Origin: a virus
Lineage: Duplodnaviria > Heunggongvirae > Uroviricota > Caudoviricetes
Reading direction: 5' to 3' (one strand)
IMG/VR virus record: IMGVR_UViG_3300031521_000016
Span: 99,895 to 140,106 of that record
DNA: 40,212 nt
Below the pieces are notes generated by a model. The model worked only from the letters and a program-made list of their open reading frames with translations. It did no database searches and was not told the DNA's origin. Position 1 is the first letter of the stretch. Each line of letters opens with the position of its first letter. A program made the translations under genes and the position numbers. Below, in pieces: positions 36,046-40,212 of this stretch.

Positions 36046-36053
36046 TATATATC
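36046..36053 (-). promoter_or_regulatory. GATATATA putative late-promoter box
   Basis: Overlaps TGA of 36052 gene, 22 nt upstream of 36023 start. Confidence 0.6.
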
Positions 36054-36552
36054 AAAATCCGTACTTCTTTCCCATAATCATGCCTCTAAATGCATGTCCA
36101 CCTCTTATTAGCCATTCATTAAAGCTTATGTCTTTTCCTATCCCTGAATGAATCCATTTTCTAAATTCTAGATTTTGAATAATATCAGTGAATGGTTTAA
36201 CGAGTTTTATTATATCTTTTTCTGCAGCTGATCCATAAAATGGATGTGGATCAGGTATAACTTTACCATCCTTTAATATCGATAATACCCTTTCTGAATT
36301 AGAAATCGTCTTACCGTTTTCATCATATTGATATACTTCTACTTGTACAATAGTATGATCTGTATAGATATATGCTCCATTAAATTTAACTTTGAATTTA
36401 TGTTTATCATCTAATTCTTGTTCTAAAATAATAGCACTATCTTTTGGTACAACATTAGTAAAATTGGACTCTACATAAGAAAACTTAAATTTATCTTCAA
36501 GTATAATTTTTTTATACGGTTTTAGCTTATTGTCAGCTTCTGGTTTATTCAT
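36052..36552 (-). CDS. hypothetical protein, paralog of 36555..37031, C-terminal RGMIMGKKYGF tag
   Basis: Shared LEQ.LD...KF.VKF, FTD.IQNLE.RKWI.SGI, GKKYGF. Confidence 0.8.
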   Translation of the reverse strand: MNKPEADNKLKPYKKIILEDKFKFSYVESNFTNVVPKDSAIILEQELDDKHKFKVKFNGAYIYTDHTIVQVEVYQYDENGKTISNSERVLSILKDGKVIPDPHPFYGSAAEKDIIKLVKPFTDIIQNLEFRKWIHSGIGKDISFNEWLIRGGHAFRGMIMGKKYGF

Positions 36553-36554
36553 AT

Positions 36555-37031
36555 TTAAAATCCATATTTCTTTCCCATAATCCTACCTCTAAATGTATGA
36601 CTACCTTTCTTTACCCAATCAGTAAAACTTACTTCTTTAGCTATACCAGATTGAATCCACTTTCTAACTTCTAGATTTTGTATAGCATCAGTAAATGGCT
36701 TAACTAATCTTATCATATCATTTGATGTCTCAAATTTGCATGATGGATCAGATGTGACTTTGCCGTCTGCTGATATGATCAGATCTCTGTCAGAGTTGGG
36801 ATATATCTGGCCTCCTTCATTATAATGAACCAAGTAAAGTTCTACAACTGTGTGACCATCTATGTATATTTTAGCTGCAGAAAATTTAACTCTAAATTTA
36901 CGTCTATTATGATCTAACGCTTGTTCTAAAATAGTAGCAACTTCTCTAGGCACTGCATTAATAGTACTTGCTTCTATACAGAGAAATTTAGTATTGTCAT
37001 TAAGTATAAGCGGTTTACCTTCTAAAAACAT
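36555..37031 (-). CDS. hypothetical protein, paralog of 36052..36552, C-terminal RGRIMGKKYGF tag
   Basis: As for 36052..36552. Confidence 0.8.
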   Translation of the reverse strand: MFLEGKPLILNDNTKFLCIEASTINAVPREVATILEQALDHNRRKFRVKFSAAKIYIDGHTVVELYLVHYNEGGQIYPNSDRDLIISADGKVTSDPSCKFETSNDMIRLVKPFTDAIQNLEVRKWIQSGIAKEVSFTDWVKKGSHTFRGRIMGKKYGF

Positions 37032-37040
37032 AGTTTCTTC

Positions 37041-37048
37041 TATATATC
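37041..37048 (-). promoter_or_regulatory. GATATATA putative late-promoter box
   Basis: Overlaps TGA of methyltransferase, 9 nt upstream of 37031 start. Confidence 0.55.
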
Positions 37049-38249
37049 AAAATAGTGCTGTTATCTCTTTAGATTTTAGTTGTTCTAATTCAATCTTTTG
37101 TTGAATATTATCTTGATGCAAAAACTTTACACCAGAGTCTTCTAACTCTCCATTTATGTATTTGATAACTTCAGTAGTCCAATCTGCAGAAGTCATAGAG
37201 GGCACGTTTTGAAAAATCTTACCTGGTGCTTCTGTTGGTATTTTCATATCGATAGGAAGACCCATAAGATGTGCTAATTCTCTATATGTCATAAATCTAT
37301 CTTCAAATGGGTGGATCATATTCATTCTAGCTCCTGTCAATGCTCCTGTATATTCGGCTGGTATAAATGGACTGAAATCCCAATAGTTCTTTCCGATCTC
37401 TCTTTTATGTTTAGCATGTTTAGCTCTATTATAAGCCTCTTCAGAATAATCATCACTATTCTTCACGAATTCTAAATAGTCATCTATTTTACCGCTTAAT
37501 AGTACTACATCCATTAACGATTTTCCCATTTTTAGTACATGTGAACGCCAGTCGTCTCCATGTTCATGTCTAAGCCACTGATATAGCGGATCTTTAACTA
37601 GAGCTAAAGTTTTAGTTTCAACTTCATCTGTATCTAGCCAAGCAACGGGCATTTGCATAAAATATTCTTTAAGTGTAGGTAATGCTCTACTGTACCAATT
37701 TAGAATAGGAGCATTTGTACCTTTCCAGAAAAAGTAAAATGTACGTTGTCTTTTCTGTGGAACCCCGTGCAATGTACTAGAAGTTCTAAGTAATGACATA
37801 GAATATCCATTACGTTCACTTATTTCTCTTAAACGTTCAGCTACGGGTAATCCAGTAACACCATAAAGAGCTGGAGCATTTTCTCCCCAAAATACTTTCG
37901 GTTTTATCTGTTCAAGAACAAACTCAGCAGTCTTATACATCCATTCATTTTGGGGAGCATTAGCACCTCTAGATGCAGCAGAATTTAATTGAGAAAGACC
38001 AGCACAAGGACATAATGCACTGATAAAATCAACTTCAGGTAATGAAGTATCTGTAGGTAACAGATTAGTCTCAGGATCAATAGTGTGATAAGGTACTTCA
38101 GGCATGTAATCTGTAAGAATCTTATCGTTTCCTAAGAATGGAGGGTAACTGAGAATGAACTCTGGTTTTTGACCGTGTGTGGCCTTCTGTGCTCCTAAGA
38201 TCATACCGCCGATAAGCGGTACTATAGCTGCATATTTAATTTCTCCCAT
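37047..38249 (-). CDS. DNA cytosine-C5 methyltransferase-like protein
   Basis: Catalytic PC (CPCAGLS), WGEN (ENV), GVPQKRQRTF (QxRxR); motif I atypical (VPLIGG). Confidence 0.8.
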   Translation of the reverse strand: MGEIKYAAIVPLIGGMILGAQKATHGQKPEFILSYPPFLGNDKILTDYMPEVPYHTIDPETNLLPTDTSLPEVDFISALCPCAGLSQLNSAASRGANAPQNEWMYKTAEFVLEQIKPKVFWGENAPALYGVTGLPVAERLREISERNGYSMSLLRTSSTLHGVPQKRQRTFYFFWKGTNAPILNWYSRALPTLKEYFMQMPVAWLDTDEVETKTLALVKDPLYQWLRHEHGDDWRSHVLKMGKSLMDVVLLSGKIDDYLEFVKNSDDYSEEAYNRAKHAKHKREIGKNYWDFSPFIPAEYTGALTGARMNMIHPFEDRFMTYRELAHLMGLPIDMKIPTEAPGKIFQNVPSMTSADWTTEVIKYINGELEDSGVKFLHQDNIQQKIELEQLKSKEITALF

Positions 38250-38268
38250 GAATATGGTTTATTTTAAG

Positions 38269-38294
38269 TTATTAGATGTCTGTTGAAAAAGTTT
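38269..38294 (-). promoter_or_regulatory. bipartite promoter-like motif AAACTTTTT-N10-CTAATAA
   Basis: Upstream of methyltransferase; first box inside ATGTCT/AGACAT inverted repeat. Confidence 0.55.
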
Positions 38295-38383
38295 AGACAT
38301 ATCTGTACATGTATCATATAAAAACAACTATACAATATCAATACGATATGTTTCTAATTCATACATTGTTTTCATATTGAATA

Positions 38384-38391
38384 GATATATA
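38384..38391 (+). promoter_or_regulatory. GATATATA putative late-promoter box (T4-type TATAAATA also at 38395..38402)
   Basis: 23 nt upstream of endolysin ATG. Confidence 0.6.
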
Positions 38392-38414
38392 AATTATAAA
38401 TAAAACTAAATACT

Positions 38415-39056
38415 ATGGCAGAAACATTAAAAATCGATAAACTGAAGGGTATTATTCCTGATTCAGTTTTAGCAGAAATTCCAATAACAGCTGAAAAGTT
38501 CAATATAACAACTAATCTAAGATTAGCACATTTTTTATCTCAATGTGCTCATGAAAGTGGTGGTTTTTCAGTCGTAAAAGAAAATTTAAACTATTCTGAA
38601 GATAGAATGGTACAGATATTCAAACATGACTTTGACGTTAATCATGATAAAGTAATATCTGATTCAGAAAAGAAAAAAGCTAAAGAGTTAGCAGGACAAC
38701 CAGATAAGATAGGCAATTTCGTATATGCTAATCAGAATGGAAATGGAAATGAAGCAAGTGGAGACGGATACAAATATTCAGGAAGAGGATATATCCAACT
38801 TACAGGAAGAGTCAACTATGCAGAATTTGATAAATTAGTCACTGAAGACATCATGGAATCTCCAGGATTAGTAGCTACTAAATATCCGTTATCATCTGCA
38901 GCTTTTTATTTCAGTAAGAACAATCTGTGGAAAATATGCGATCAAGGTGCTACAAATAATGTAGTAATACAATTAACTAAACGTATAAACGGTGGTACGA
39001 TTGGACTAGATGATCGATTGGCAAGATTTAAAAAGTATTATGACATACTCAAATAA
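38415..39056 (+). CDS. glycoside hydrolase family 19 endolysin
   Basis: RLAHFLSQCAHESGGF, ENLNYS, GDGYKYSGRGYIQLTGRVNY, RINGGTIGLDDR. Confidence 0.92.
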   Translation: MAETLKIDKLKGIIPDSVLAEIPITAEKFNITTNLRLAHFLSQCAHESGGFSVVKENLNYSEDRMVQIFKHDFDVNHDKVISDSEKKKAKELAGQPDKIGNFVYANQNGNGNEASGDGYKYSGRGYIQLTGRVNYAEFDKLVTEDIMESPGLVATKYPLSSAAFYFSKNNLWKICDQGATNNVVIQLTKRINGGTIGLDDRLARFKKYYDILK

Positions 39057-39087
39057 AAAGGGACGGAAATTAAATTTCCGTCCCTTT
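39057..39087. terminator. bidirectional intrinsic terminator
   Basis: AAAGGGACGGAAATT/AATTTCCGTCCCTTT perfect inverted repeat between convergent genes. Confidence 0.85.
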
Positions 39088-39090
39088 GTT

Positions 39091-39972
39091 TTAGATATTA
39101 TCTAGTTCAATAAGAATACTATCTTCTGTTATTTCAGAAGCTTCTTTACCTATCGTTTTTATGATTGTATCTAAAGTAAGATCACAATAGTCATCTATCC
39201 AATCATCTATGAAATAGAGGTTTCTAGAGTTTTTTATTACACCGAACAGAATAGGATCTTTTTTCTTTTCTTTTTCTGCATTAGTATCAGCACTTGCCGA
39301 TCCGAGAGGATCGTAATGTAATATGACATAGTTGTCGAAGACATTTAATGTATCAGCGGCCTTCTTCTTTTTTGAAACAGACTCAGGAATAACTTTTACG
39401 AAATTCTTGATATACGTTAGACATAATCCAGTTCTATATTTATCGTGAACAGAAGCTTTACTATGAAAAGCTACAATATCTGCTTCTGTTAAATATTTCT
39501 TACCATATTTTGCTACACTTAATGTCAATTCATATTTTAGAGTTTCCGCAAATGCTTCAATCTTTTCTACTAGTGCCACTTGATTATTATCTTTCGCATT
39601 CTGTAGTACAGTATCATATTTATTCAGAACTTCCTCAATAGTGGATTTTTCAAGCTCACGTACATTATTCTTGATCGAATCGAAGAATGACTTGATATGG
39701 TTAAACTTCGATATTTTATGCAGTTTAGCATCAAAATTATGTCCATACATTTTTCTGTAGAGCCATATCTTAAACTTCAGATATACCGTAGGAGCATTGG
39801 CATAGAGATACTTGAGATACTCCAAATGTGAATCTTCAGTTAATCTATTTACATTTGAAGATATAACTCCCCAAGTATTTACTGATGTAGGATTTTCTCG
39901 ATCTTTATACTTCGGTAAATTGAAATCGACTTCTATGTTATTTAGAAGTGTTATACGATTATTTGCTATCAT
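39091..39972 (-). CDS. conserved phage hypothetical protein (KDPILFG...LYFIDDW..DYCDLT C-terminus)
   Basis: 293-aa ORF with a conserved-looking aromatic/acidic C-terminal block. Confidence 0.75.
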   Translation of the reverse strand: MIANNRITLLNNIEVDFNLPKYKDRENPTSVNTWGVISSNVNRLTEDSHLEYLKYLYANAPTVYLKFKIWLYRKMYGHNFDAKLHKISKFNHIKSFFDSIKNNVRELEKSTIEEVLNKYDTVLQNAKDNNQVALVEKIEAFAETLKYELTLSVAKYGKKYLTEADIVAFHSKASVHDKYRTGLCLTYIKNFVKVIPESVSKKKKAADTLNVFDNYVILHYDPLGSASADTNAEKEKKKDPILFGVIKNSRNLYFIDDWIDDYCDLTLDTIIKTIGKEASEITEDSILIELDNI

Positions 39973-40210
39973 CTTTATCTGGTAAAACTGTTAAACTTAA
40001 AATCTTTATTAATTCTTCACGTTTTATATCGGACACATATTCTATTTCGATACCGTCGAAATCCGGTACTGCTTCCTTTTTCCAAGGACTAGGAAAATAA
40101 AGCTTATGACTATCACCTTTAGAATCTGTAGCTTCTATAATTGTCGTTCCGCCATCTCTGTATCTAGAAAAAGAAGTTATTTTCCATTCTTGAACAGACT
40201 TATCTATCAC
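39959..40210 (-). CDS. hypothetical protein, start may lie outside window
   Basis: 83-aa ORF from GTG two bases from window end. Confidence 0.55.
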   Translation of the reverse strand: MIDKSVQEWKITSFSRYRDGGTTIIEATDSKGDSHKLYFPSPWKKEAVPDFDGIEIEYVSDIKREELIKILSLTVLPDKDDSK

Positions 40211-40212
40211 TA

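Noticed and set aside
38395-38402. Canonical T4 late box TATAAATA before the endolysin as the main late promoter
   Set aside because: Only instance I noticed upstream of a gene, while GATATATA recurs; likely chance in AT-rich DNA
1-40212. CRISPR array, IS element, integrase or rRNA
   Set aside because: No regularly spaced repeats, transposase or recombinase motifs, or rRNA-like stretches seen

Overview
AT-rich (roughly 30% GC by eye), densely coded segment of a large T4-like (Tevenvirinae-style, probably jumbo) phage genome, almost entirely on the minus strand. It holds the replication/recombination core: SbcC/gp46, SbcD/gp47, DnaB/gp41 helicase, UvsX/RecA, a probable sliding clamp, both type II topoisomerase subunits, dUTPase, and a family B DNA polymerase split into two genes 11.6 kb apart. 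Also present are a C5 DNA methyltransferase, a GH19 endolysin, a GIY-YIG homing endonuclease, two glycosyltransferases, and nucleotide-conflict enzymes (three NDT-like domains, SLOG, macrodomain, metallophosphoesterase, WYL). A-rich, Shine-Dalgarno-free leaders suggest a Bacteroidota host. Features not explained by the ORF track: (1) a 111-nt tRNA-like element with an 8-bp acceptor stem, long variable arm and CUA (amber) anticodon just upstream of the C-terminal polymerase gene; (2) degenerate or fragmentary copies of head genes inside the replication region (a 76-aa gp23 spine-helix miniprotein, a 290-aa gp23-like core, and a gp21 protease homolog apparently lacking its catalytic Ser); (3) about 7 proteins carrying a T4 internal-protein-like capsid targeting sequence, mostly downstream of a GATATATA box; (4) a second bipartite promoter motif before replication genes; (5) a multi-hairpin intergenic RNA; (6) a shared C-terminal RGxIxGKK(F/Y)G(L/F) tag; (7) an RNA-ligase-like/HIGH fusion with degenerate catalytic motifs next to a stand-alone WYL protein. 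All family assignments come from motif recognition by eye; no database searches were run.
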